The notes below the pieces were generated by a model, which had not been told where the DNA came from, made no database searches, and saw only the letters and a list, made by a program, of their open reading frames with translations. Source: Gnetum montanum (lineage: Eukaryota > Plantae > Gnetophyta). Taken from it: a stretch of DNA of 64,000 bases. Shown here in pieces: positions 38,873 through 50,833 of the stretch. The DNA lies in NCBI GenBank assembly GCA_015680685.1, contig MNCI01000745.1, positions 142,824-206,823 of the forward strand, given 5' to 3'. A program made the position numbers and the translations under genes. Numbering within the stretch: position 1 is the stretch's first letter; each line of letters opens with the position of its first letter.

Positions 38873-40221
38873 TGTCTTACATTTTGGATTATTAATTCAA
38901 CGTGTGCTTTTATGTACATGGATTGTTCTATTTATGAGATTGGATTCTTTATAAGCTCATGTTCATATATATAGATGATTTATTTATGCTTTTGTATTTT
39001 CATCCAATCATGATTATATATCTTCACAATGTATGTTGTTTCATAGACCTTAACCTTGTTTGTACATTCTTGTCTCATTCCTTCTCACGCTTTGTTAACG
39101 CTTGTTTATGTTCAAGCATAACCTTTGCACACATGATGGGCTTGAACTAGGTAATGCCTTCCTAGCGTAAGGTAGAGTAAGAAGGTGTTACAAAGGTTGT
39201 TCCATAGAAATCTACAAGAAGTAGCAAATCAACATAATAAGTAATGAAAACATTTTGGATAATAATTACAATCAAAGCACTACCACAAAAAATTGAATCT
39301 TGGCATGCAACATCATCATACTTGCTTGTTTTCAAGAAATCAAGGTTCCATAGGAAATAGAATGGATTGCAAATCAAAAGAGTGTGGAGAGATATTAAAC
39401 ATAAAACTAATTCTCAAAGCCAACTAAAATTAGCAATCCAATATTGGAACACTAGACTTCTTGCAAATCCTCTATAGAAAAGCAACATTAAGAAAACTTT
39501 TATAAACAGAAATGTGAAATCAAAGTTATGTTATGGTAGAAGATACTAAGGGCATGATGAGAAAATTGAAAATAGTAAAAGAAAAACTTATACAAGAGGA
39601 AAAAGCCATGAAGACCCAAGCAGAAAAATAGAAATTACGACAAAATGTTCATGCTTATAAGAATATGAAAAATTAAAAGACTAGTTGACTGAACAATGAC
39701 AAGACTCAAAGAATAGCTAATAAGTAGAAACTAAGATTACAAAATTAACTAAAAGATGAAATGAGAAAGAAAATTGCAAAATATCACATTACCAATCAAA
39801 ACTAGAAACCAAGAAATGCTAAATATGGTATAAGCACTCACAAGTAAATATGAGGAGAAAATGAGGTAAATCGAAAGCAACATGATAACTTTAAATGGAG
39901 CTTATGTTGTAGACCTTAAACCAAGCAATGAGATCAAATAATTTGAGACGAATTGTAGAATTAGCAATTCATGACTGGAATTGAAAATTATCTGTTAGAA
40001 CCAATTGTTAATGAAGAATCAACACCAACTAACGATGGAAGTCGGCCAATAGCTGAAGCATCTGCTAATCCAAGAGTATTACCTAATGCAGCATCATCCC
40101 TCATTCGCCATAATCCCAAGATGTAAATCCTATTATAAAGGATGTTCCTATTCTTGATTAATCTCAGATGTCTAATGATGAATTGATGAGCATGAATTTT
40201 TAATATACATGACCATACTGA

Positions 40222-40818
40222 TAAATAAAATTTTAATTGTTTTTTCTATATCTATTTAGGTATTTTGATCTTTTGCAAGCAACAGGAAAAAACATGTGAT
40301 GAATTAAAATTTTTGTCCATGTCTGACCAACATAAATCCTCCAAGAAATTCATCTCATGTTTAGAATAAACATTTACTATGGAATCAATATAGCAGTCTA
40401 CATAACATTATCCCTACAATTAAATAAAATTTTAATTGTTTTTTCTATATCTGTTTAGGTATTTTGATCTTTTGCAAGCAACAGGAAAAAACATGTGATG
40501 AATTAAAATTTCTGTTCATGTCTGACCAACATGAATCCTCCAAGAAATTCATCTCATGTTTAGAATAAACATTTACTATGGAATCAATATAGCAGTCTAC
40601 ATAACATTATCCGTGCAATTAAATAAAATTTTAATTGTTTTTTCTATATCTGTTTAGGTATTTTGATCTTTTGCAAGCAACAGGAAAAAACATGTGATGA
40701 ATTAAAATTTCTGTCCATGTCTGACCAACATGAATCCTCCTAGCAATTCATCTCATGTTTAGAATAAACATTTACTATGGAATCAATATAGCAGTCTACA
40801 TAACATTATCTCTACAAT
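40222..40818. repeat. 199-bp unit x3 tandem repeat
   Basis: Units start at 40222, 40421 and 40620; only a few substitutions between copies. Confidence 0.95.
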
Positions 40819-42386
40819 TGAAGGGAAGTGCTAAATGATATCTCCAGATATCATAAACCTGACTAATCCCATAAGATGAGAATATGGAAAAGACGTAACT
40901 CTTGAGAAAAAGATAAAATGATTCATGTACACTCGAGTAAATAGATTGTAATATGTGAAAAAGAAGTGAAGTAAAAAGGAGATGAAATCTGAGTCACATG
41001 GGAAGTAAACGAGCTTGCAATAAGTATAATGCTTGCAGGTCAAGGATGAAGATGAAAAGTATGTCATAGCAAAAGACACAGAAGAAGAAACAGAAGAAGA
41101 AGAAAAAGTGCACACACGAAGAAGTGGCAAACAGTGCCATGTGAACCAAGTCCAGAAGCAAGTAAAACACTTTCAGGAGAGAGAATGTGAATTAAGTTTA
41201 TTTGACAGCAATAACTATCTACGCAAGAATTCAAGTGATGGAAACGGAACCATAAAAAGAAACGAAAAGGTGAAGTCTATTTGTGTGGAGAACGGAAACG
41301 TGCATCAACTTGCAGTAAAGGACAGAAAACATGTTGTTAAGATACATGAAATGACCATATAACTATCCATACTGTACAAAATCACCGTGAGAAATGATAT
41401 GCTCATAACTGAAAAATAACTGAAACAGTTAAGCAGAAAAGATTCCTCGAACAGAAGAATGAATAAGTTAAGAAGAAAATATGGAATGTGAATTAGAAGA
41501 ACAAATCACGTTAAACTGGAAAAAGAACACAGCAACCACAGGAGAATAAGGATTCTATTAGACAAATGGAAGACGAAAAGTTACCAAAAAAATAATATAT
41601 TAAACCAATTCATTCATACATACAACAGATGAAATCACAACGTGAAACCTATTTAAATATAATCGTGATTTTGATATCAATCCTAACAAGAATAATATAT
41701 TAAACCACATAATCAATTCGACATGCATAAACTACTGAAATAGATTAATTGAGGTGATTGACTTATTGTTGAGTTAGAAGGCTATGAATATGATTACAAA
41801 CTTATATTTTTACATTTGCATTTTGCTTTAGGTGCATATTGAATATTAAGATGTCAATTGTCATATTATGGCATTCTCTTCTAGTGAGATTCTTGGTCCA
41901 CTTTTTGAATTATATAATTTTCTATGTTTATGGCTTATTTTGGGTTGCTATTTAAATTTGATTGCTGCAATTTAAATTTTTTATGATTGATGATTGTTGA
42001 AAAAAAATACGTTTAGTCCTGCATTTTCAAGAAGCAATGCTTTGGGGAGTGTTGTGTTAGCTCTTGCTCCTTAGGAATAGGTATTATAATTTAATAGGCA
42101 TAAAATTCAAATATAATTGTGCAAAAGTAATAACGATATACCTATACATATTCCAAAATTACTTCATAATCTTTTTTTCAAAAATATATTGTTATTGTAC
42201 AATATATCAGCACTTCCAAATAAATTTCTTAGAGTCAAAATTGCATACCTAAACTAAAATATGGTTACAATATGTATAAAAGCAAGCTAGATGACCTCAC
42301 ATGATCACAAAAATGTGATCTTGTGTGTATGAAAATACAATTTGAACACTTGCCAAATGACATTTTAAAACCGTAAGAACATAGCT

Positions 42387-42497
42387 TCAGGATCTTCTAG
42401 CAGTTCTGTTACGCTTAGAGCGTTTACTTCTTTTTTGTGTAGGAGTTCTGACAGATGCTCCACTGCCACTAGCCACATAGACATTTTTTGATGGTTC
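42387..42497 (-). CDS. ALB3: ALB3 last exon: EPSKNVYVASGSGASVRTPTQKRSKRSKRNRTARRS*
   Basis: CAG acceptor; basic KRSKRSKR motif typical of the ALB3 C-terminus; TGA stop. Confidence 0.85.
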   Translation of the reverse strand, partial: EPSKNVYVASGSGASVRTPTQKRSKRSKRNRTARRS

Positions 42498-42648
42498 CTG
42501 CCAAAAGCAAGCATTTCCCGAAATTCAGTAGGTACAAAGCCTCCAAATGAATTACATTTTCCCAGAAGAAATAGACATAAATCCATCTCAACATAAATTG
42601 AAAACCCTATCTTTCTAAAATAAATTTCAAATGAAAAAAAAAATGAAC

Positions 42649-42823
42649 CATCGGAAATACATTTTTAGATTCAGAAGGTATTTTCTGTGTCTCTTGATTT
42701 TCTATATTGTAGTCACCATTCTTTGCAATTGATGAAGCAGACAGTTCATTTACACCTTCCATATTGGCATCAATGATTTGTCTCCCATTCTTCTTTTGCC
42801 TTGCCTCTCCTGCCTTTCTCCTT
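42649..42823 (-). CDS. ALB3: ALB3 C-terminal tail exon: RRKAGEARQKKNG...NVFPM
   Basis: AG/GT bounded, 175 nt, phase-compatible with both neighbours; low conservation. Confidence 0.7.
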
Positions 42824-42923
42824 CTGAATGTGTTAGGCATAAACAATTCAAACATGTCAGGATTGTCGTTTAAGCCTGTTAAATTTAGCAGTTCCTCCCA
42901 ACAAAACAAACGGGATTTGTCAC

Positions 42924-43091
42924 CTTTCACTGCGTTCGGACTCCTGTACATTAGAGACGTCAATGAGCGCTGGGCGCTTTGCCTGCCCAGCACTTATGAT
43001 ACCATTAGCATCTTTGTTGACCACAGGGCTTGCACCCCCCAGTTTTCTAAGCCAGATCTGTTGACCAATACTTAAAATATTATTTGTGAAC
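42924..43091 (-). CDS. ALB3: ALB3 exon: (W)FTNNILSIGQQIWLRKLGGASPVVNKDANGIISAGQAKRP...SERSE
   Basis: AG/GT bounded, 168 nt. Confidence 0.9.
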
Positions 43092-43221
43092 CTGCAAAGA
43101 AAATCCACATTGGCATCAGACACAATACTCTTCAAATCAAGTTTGGTTCTTTCCATGACATTCAAACTCATGGCCGCAGTTTTGTATTTCAAAAATTTTC
43201 CTAGACATCTAAGCTACAAAT

Positions 43222-43316
43222 GAGGTGTTAGCTTACGGATAAGAGCCTTGGCATGGAAACCTGAGATAGCAGGTTCAATTCCAATTGACAATGATGAATT
43301 ATGGAATTTAAAAAAT
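43222..43316 (+). mobile_element. tRNA-derived SINE-like copy 1
   Basis: A-box-like TAGCTTACGG, B-box-like GGTTCAATTCC; homologous to 50741-50833. Confidence 0.55.
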
Positions 43317-44224
43317 TGCGTAGTTACAGATTCTTTATCTGCTAAAATCAGTTTCGAAAACATTTCATGCTGAAATTTTTATTTTTGAAAGCCCAAGTGA
43401 AAGTCTTACATGTATTATCAAAGCTGTCAAAAAATAAAAGTTCTCTTAAAAGGAAAAACAAATACATAACCGTGTTAGATTTTTTAAAAAAAAGTTCCCA
43501 ACGTTATTGGTTGGAATTTCTATATTCAAGAATCATCTCAAGTACCTCACTAGAGCTTGTCAGTACTGATATGCCAAATCAAAGTTAACATCAATATCAA
43601 TATATAGATTATGAATTAAAGGTAAACGGTAAAAGCTTTAATGGCCTCTACCATTTTATGAATTGTTTTTACCTTTAGTAGCATTTATCAATTCAGAAGT
43701 TAATTTCGACTCCATATTTGGCCCCCACATACTCGATGTCATTGCTCTAATACTCCAATTGTCGTTATGCAAAATATAAAGACAATGTCTCCTGAGAAGC
43801 GGAAAATGTGGAAAGAAGAGCTGAAACAAGTCAATGAAGCCCACGGATATATTAAGGATAAAGACAATCCTGTGCTTCTAGACGCCCTGCATAGGGAATT
43901 AAAGGAGGTTTGTTTTTATGCTTTTCTGCCTTTCCCTAATGAGGCACTGTAGATTTTTTAGATTTTGTGGATTCCTAAAAAGAACAAGTCAATGGTTCCT
44001 GGGGTTCAAAGGGGTTTCTGTTTTTGTGAGAGCTTTGCTCACACTGCCTTGTAAATTTTCTTTCCTGTTAATACAATCCTGACCTCGCACAAAAACAAAA
44101 TGCAGATTATTCCTATAATTTCATTTTGTTTTTAATTTGAATTTCTTTCAAGAAAATTTCATCATTTGAACTTTTTCTTAAATTATGAGAAACATTTTTT
44201 GCAAAGAAAAAATTAACTTCTCAC

Positions 44225-44326
44225 CAATAAAGGCTCAATCCTGAAGGCACGGAGAGAGAGAAGTAACCAAGCATTAGAGGAAGAAATTTTAGAAAAATCT
44301 GTGTTTTTTTGGCTTGGATCATCAAC
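44225..44326 (-). CDS. ALB3: ALB3 exon with frameshift: VDDPSQKNT/QIFLKFLPLMLGYFSLSVPSGLSLY(W)
   Basis: AG/GT bounded, 102 nt where phase requires 3n+2; frame changes at the A7-CACAG run (~44299-44310). Confidence 0.88.
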
Positions 44327-44452
44327 CTGTAAACATGAAAAAAGGAATCACCGAATTGTTAAAAATTCACTTTCAACAAGGATTCAAATAACGAACGATT
44401 TTTATTTCAAGTACTGCAACTTTTCTAACGATAAAATGCAACAATGGTTTAC

Positions 44453-44557
44453 CTGAGGTTGAAGAATTTTCATGGATAAATATTGAGACGTAATAAGCAA
44501 TGCTGGTAGGACAAGATACGCAAATGTATCTGACCATCCTAATGGTGGGTGCCCATC
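44453..44557 (-). CDS. ALB3: ALB3 exon: DGHPPLGWSDTFAYLVLPALLITSQYLSMKILQPQ
   Basis: AG/GT bounded, 105 nt. Confidence 0.92.
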
Positions 44558-44979
44558 CTATCAAATTGCAAATAATCCAAGTTAAGAATCTGGATTTAAC
44601 ATCGGTTACTTTTCATGAAAAGAAATAATGAAATTTCATGCACAATATCTGCTTATCTACAAAGTAAAACTTTGATTTACTCATCAAATTATTTATGTAT
44701 TTTTAGGATTCTTGATAGCACGCAGTTATAATTTGCAGTGCCTTTGTTTCAGCTGATTGTTTTAAATTATGTTTCCATGTGATACTAGAGTTAAAAAACT
44801 ATGGATACAAGTTTTATAAATATGAACTTTATAAATATGAGTTTTAGGAATATGAGTCTTATGATTATATGTTCTTAAAATGCAAGTTTTAAAAAACTTG
44901 CCGTTGTGTTCAAATTGCAATGATTACTTAATGTTTATATAAAGATAAAATATTTTTATTTCCAATGGTTATTGATATA

Positions 44980-45950
44980 AACAAGGAAGATTATGATGAT
45001 ATTTTTTAAAACTCTTAAGATTTTTATAAACAACTTAATCAAATAGATCCCAACATCCAATTTACTATGGAATTAAAAAAGAACATTTCCTTGCCTTCCT
45101 AAAATGTCAACATAGTAAGCAACAAAGATTTGAACAATAAACTCCGAATTTCTTAAATGTGGAGTCTTTAAAAAGATAACACATATTTATCGATATTTGG
45201 ATCATCTCTCTAATCATCCCTTTAGTCAAAAACTCTCTACTCCTTGCTCCTTAATGATTAGAACTTTGAACATTTATGACACAAGTTTTCCACAAAAAGG
45301 CTAATCACATAAAACACTATTCTCAGATTCATTAACATTGATTAAAAAACTACCATTAAAGCTTGGATTAAATCAATCCATTCTTAATTGAATAAAACAG
45401 ATGATCCTTCTGATATATAAATATTGATTCAGAAAATTTAGAAAATAATAATTCAGTTTGAAATAAAAAATTCATCAAGATTTCTTACATTAAAGATATT
45501 TTTGAGAAAATAGCTGAAGCTTTGAAAAACATCACGTTATAACAGTATTTAAACCATGAAATAAAAGCTTTGACCTTTTCCATAGTGTTAAAAATAAAAA
45601 AGAATACTTTATTTAATAGTGGTGTTTATAAAATCTCTTGCGTTTGTGACAAATGTTATATCAATGAAACTAGTAGAAGTTTCTAAGTTGGATTGAAAGG
45701 GCACTTGAATGATATACAATATAAGTCTTCTAAATCACCTATTATAAAACAATTAGAAAATGATAACTCCTTTAAAAATCATAGGTGGTTAATAAATAAT
45801 AGTGAAGTTCTTTGTATTATGACAACCTTAATCAGATTTCATTCTAATATTGTTAATCAAGATTACGGCTATTTTCCCCACTTGGCTTGGTGGCCAATTT
45901 TAATAAAGATTAAGCCATCTAGAAATCATCTTCAAAATCCTGCTTAGTTT
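44980..45950 (+). mobile_element. Penelope-like element (RT C-terminus plus GIY-YIG endonuclease), decayed, in an ALB3 intron
   Basis: NQIDPNIQFTME..SLP (~45037-45100), KKITHIYRYLDHLSNHP (~45170-45220), SGVYKISCVCDKCYINETSR..LKGH (45618-45704). Confidence 0.8.
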
Positions 45951-46317
45951 AATCTCTCTATTCTCTTTAACTTTTTATTTTAAGCCATAATTTTTTAAGT
46001 GACTTAGTATATTCTATATTTATTATTAATAACATGACTCAATTTACCAGCTCGTTGCCTTATATGCAAGAAGTTGTGAATTCAAGTATGATTGAAATAT
46101 CATTATGTTATCCAAGAATTTTTTCAGCTGCATTTTAGATCAGAGCCATGGAGCCTGGAGTTTGAGGTTTGAAGGTTGGATCAGAAGGATGGTTCAATCC
46201 AACACCTTCTTCAATCATTTACCATACCTATGTTAAAAGGGTCATCACCAAGAGGTTCAATGCTTGTCCTACCAAGCAGGGTCATAGGAAGACCAGTAGA
46301 TGAGCAAAAGCCTTACC

Positions 46318-46593
46318 ATCCCCAAATTACTAGAGGTATTTATTCATGCTACAGCATAGGGGTTCTAGAATGGAATATGTTTTGACTTGTAAAACAGAGA
46401 TGTGGGTGTTACTTATCTTACATGCCTGCATTTGCTTTAGGGATCTTAAGTTTATATCCCCAAATTACTAGAGGTATTTATTCATGCTACAGCATAGGGG
46501 TTCTAGAATGGAATATGTTTTGACTTGTAAAACAGAGATGTGGGTGTTAATTATCTTACATGCCTGCATTTGCTTTAGGGATCTTAAGTTTAT
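46318..46593. repeat. 138-bp tandem duplication
   Basis: Two near-identical copies starting at 46318 and 46456. Confidence 0.92.
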
Positions 46594-49340
46594 ATGGGGC
46601 AAGTATTTGTCATATTTCTTTGGTCATGTGGTGTATTTCCGGTTACTATCATATTTTTAAAAGATATATTCTTGCATGGCGACATCATTTATTCAACACC
46701 TCTGATCACTTGTCCTGCAATCCAGGTGCTTGGTTCTGAAGGTCACTTGGTGTGCAACAGCAGGGTGGCCAATGAGCCCATTGAATACTATAATCATTCT
46801 AATGAAAGAAATGTGTTTTATGTGATCTTTTGGTTGTCATGGGCAGAAGTGAAATTGGTTTTTGTAAGCTTTCAAATTTTATGAATGGAAATGGAATCAT
46901 TTATCCAATATGTTGTCAAATGTTCTTAGCCTATGGCCAACATTTTGTCCCATTGTACATACGTAGGCCGTTTGATACTTGGAGATGAGAAGTTTTTGAA
47001 TGTTTGAAGCTATGCCAATGCATCATGGTTGTCCAGCCTGTTACACTTTGCTCTGTTTTCTTGCTGAGTATTAATCTATTCTTTTTTATCGTGAAATCGG
47101 AATTTTGAAGTATCGTATTAAATTTTCTGTGCTTAAAGCCTAATTGTTGCATAGGATTCTGAGCCAACAAATTTTTTTCTCTATTTTGTATTATATGTCT
47201 TGGGTTATTTCATCTGCTCATCGGGGAATGCTGGGTTTGCAAGGCCCATCCTTAACTTCTTGTTTGCTAATAGTTAATCAGTTTTAAAAAGAAAAAAAAT
47301 CAGAACAGATTGCACCTGCTCATCAGTGTTTCAATTTTTGATTTCATTGCCCTCATCGGAGCATTATAATTCTCTGTCATTGTCTTCAGTACTGTGAAAA
47401 AGAAAAATTAACCCCAATTACATTTGTGCAAACAAACTAGAATCTTGGCCGCTTCTGATTCCCCTGTTCCCAGCCTGAACTCGGAGAGTCCTCACCAATT
47501 AGAATATCAATAAATGATTATGTTTCATATAATGAATAGATGGTTTGTTTTATTGCTTCTCCTTGAATGATAATCATTTTTATTTTCTCAAGGGACTGCT
47601 CATTAGTGCCTAGATTTCCGATATACTCAAGTTAGAACCGGTTTCAAGTATTTGCGTGTTTCAACTACTCCTTACGATTTCTTATGATTCTGTCTTTTAA
47701 ACTTGTTAGATAGGAATAACCACAAGTTAATTAATGCCTTTCCTTTTAGTTACAACATGAATGGAATGTTCTAATTATTTATGTACATCATTAAATATCT
47801 TAGCAACTGTGTATCCTGTACCAACCCCTTTTTGCTATCATAAACATTTTTTCTCTTTTAAAAAAGGGCTATAATGATGCCGCAATAAAAATAATGTTGG
47901 TCATTGTATGTTCACTTGCTTTCCTTAATAATGAACTCACATGAACCACGACTAGAAGGATCCTATGGGTTTGATGCAACCTGATAAATAGACTTTTGAG
48001 TTGTATGGTGCTTTTGTTTAGTGTGCCTTGCTTGACCATCTATAATTTTGGAACTTATAAATTACTTGTTTCGGTACTATAATTAGTTGATTTTCTTTAG
48101 TTTTTCAAGTTTTCTATGTGGAATGTAGTTTGACTACAAATTGATGTCGTTGCCTTTTAAAAGCAAACTGTTATACGTATTCTAAATAGAGAAAGTTTTG
48201 GACTATAAAGTCATAGCTATTTGAGGGTTGCAAAATAAACTTCATTGTGAAAGACAATTACTTTGTTATCTTCTTTGTCACCAAAATAAATAAATAGATG
48301 GAGGTTGCCTTGATTGATAAAATTTTTAGCTATAGAGTTGCTTTTGGTATTATATCCTTAGCCGTTAGTATGAGTTAGTTAGGATAGTGTGTTTCATGGA
48401 TGCTTGAGTTACTATGAAATAGTGTTCCATACGTGTCTTGATCACGATATATGACTATTATATTTTCCCATAACAAATTTAGTAGGTTGTTTGTGCCCAT
48501 ATAGATATAAGTACATGACAGAATACACACACAGTCAACCCTGAAAACTGATCCACAAGAGCAGACTTTGGGAAGCACCTCCATCCCCGAGGAACAGAAT
48601 TAGCCTGAGCAGGACTAAGCAGCAGACATAAGCTTTAGCAACCGCCCTAGCTGCTCCTGTTCAAGAAACTGTTTTGTTTACTTGTCGTTATCTAAATTTC
48701 TAATGTGCTATGGCTAAAATGGTTTAATGACAGATTACTTAGGGGTATTTCATTTCCGCTCATTTTATTCTTGTGGGGGTGGTTTCTCTTCCTCTCAATC
48801 TGTCCCCGCTTTTGTCTGTTTGACTGTGCCATTTCGCTGTGTTTGATAATTGTTCTACTAGTTTTCGTGCATTTGTCTTATGGTTACTTCATACTCATTA
48901 ATACAATATCCCAAACTTCCCCAAAAAGTGCATTGCACCTTGAAATTTTAGTGTTTATGGATGATACAGAGAGCATAGGAGAGATTGTGAATATATCAAC
49001 AACCTATTGAAGCAAAAACCATAAAATATGATCATCTAGGTTATTTGGTATGATTTTTACCCAGTTAAGTAGCTGTAAGAATACATTCCCCCAACAAACC
49101 CCCACAACCTCTGGGTTACTTCAGCTTAACACCCTAGGTCAGGAAAGACCAGCCTCGGTAATATATTCTGTATGCACTGCACTTCAATAGCATTTTGTGC
49201 ATACTTTGTGCACTCCTATGTTTCCTACAACGATGTTAAAGTAACAAATGATTTTCTTCTTAAACAACCTTAACTTTGAAAATTAAAAACAAAATGGGAA
49301 ATGAAATTCGAAATCCAAGAAAGCCATCAACGTTCAGTAC

Positions 49341-49445
49341 CACAAAGGGTGACAGCCACGAAATTCCGCTTCCATTTTGTCTAGCAGCAATTGTAGTAGG
49401 TCCAGCTAGAGAAGGAATCCAAAAAAATCCCTCTGTCAAAAGTCC
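49341..49445 (-). CDS. ALB3: ALB3 exon: GLLTEGFFWIPSLAGPTTIAARQNGSGISWLSPFV
   Basis: AG/GT bounded, 105 nt. Confidence 0.92.
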
Positions 49446-49597
49446 CTTTTAAGTCAAAAGACACATGAAACATCAGAAGCAAAAAAAAGGCCAAACAGAT
49501 ATAACTGAACCAAACGCAAAATTATAAATACTTAATACATGTAGCCAATTACTTGGAAATATTACAAAAATCATCATTCCTTCATAATTCCTTTTAC

Positions 49598-49671
49598 CTC
49601 ATTAGCAACATTGGAAAGTGCATTATAAAGTCCAATCCATACAGGCATAGTAGCAAGCGTTGGTAAACATC
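49598..49671 (-). CDS. ALB3: ALB3 exon: (G)CLPTLATMPVWIGLYNALSNVANE
   Basis: AG/GT bounded, 74 nt. Confidence 0.92.
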
Positions 49672-50740
49672 CTGGAAAAATAATGAAAACTTCCATAGAT
49701 ATATAACTTTAAATGAAATAAATCTTCCAGCGTTTACAATCAATTTTGATTATATATTGTCTCAGAAATTGAAGAAAATAGTTTCACCAGAAGCAAAACG
49801 TGCTTACTAATAACAAGTTATCTGAAACAGCTACAATATTCCAATAATATTTAAATAGGATTTAAAGCATTTGAATGGAAATTTATGTCTTTCAGTATAT
49901 CACATCGATTTCAAACAATAAACATGTTTTTTTCCAATCCAAATGTTGAAACTAAATCTTAATTTTAAAAAATGGATAGAGCGAGAAACTTTATTTGCAA
50001 GTAAAATACAACCTTATTTTGTTTCAGTGAAATGCATGCAGAATCAGAATGATTACCGTTCATGGTAGATTGAAACCAGTTCAGTCTAGATCACAAAAAC
50101 AGGCACATAGGAAGAAAAACACAATTAACATATATTCAGAGCTGCTGTTTATAAAAGCCCAAGATGAATGATGACATCAATAACTGAAACTCAACCAAAT
50201 TGTTTAAGAAGAAATTTTATTATTAAAAGTTTACATCAAAGTATATGTATACAGAAATTGCTCAAAGTTTAATTAAGCATATAGATTGCAGAATTTTTAA
50301 AAAAAATCAAAAAGAAAAGCACAAGCATTTAACTAAAAGCAGCTGTTGGTACTGTTTGTGCAGCAATTCATCCAATGCAAATAAAAAGGTTGTTCACAAA
50401 TCAAGAAATAAAATTTTGGTTAAAGGTTGTATGCATGAGGAAGGATATCTGCAACCCAGGAAATAAGACTCTGGATAGAATCCACAAAAGTATCCCAGAT
50501 AACATTGGCATATATCTCTTTATTTACAATGGAAGGAGTGTTGTTCAAAACCTACATGCGTTCATGTGGACGATATTCTCATAACTATTATAAGCATTTA
50601 AGTTATTGTAGATTCAATATGCTCTCCATAATAAGTTTAAGATTTCAGATTCAGACCTAGCACATTACTATCTTTTAAGGGAGATCCAGCAAAGGAACAG
50701 ATCTGTTACACTAAAGAAAGTATGCAAATGAGCTTCTTGA

Positions 50741-50833
50741 GAGGTATTAGCTTAGGGGTAAGAGTCTTGGCGTGGAAATGCCAGGTCATAGGTTCGATTC
50801 CATTGGGCAACACTGAGTTATGGACAAAAAAAT
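50741..50833 (+). mobile_element. tRNA-derived SINE-like copy 2
   Basis: A box TAGCTTAGGGG, B box GGTTCGATTCC (50791-50801), short tail ending in an A-run. Confidence 0.6.

Larger units (their letters stand above)
17277..39192 (-). mobile_element. ~1.5-kb fold-back, solo-LTR-like element (TGTAACACC...GGTGTTACA) split by two nested retrotransposons
   Basis: TSD AAGGT at 17272-17276 and 39193-39197. Own sequence is 17277-17478 + 30938-31349 + 38275-39192. Left arm (to ~31268) is the reverse complement of the right arm (~38621-39192). Minus-strand CCTATAAATAAG at ~38610-38621. Confidence 0.8.

Noticed and set aside
40222-40818. Regular repeat array as a possible CRISPR
   Set aside because: 199-bp contiguous units, no unique spacers, no cas genes, eukaryotic context.
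42365-42993. ORFs 42607-42993 and 42365-42586 as independent genes
   Set aside because: They overlap ALB3 exons and introns and are explained by the spliced model.
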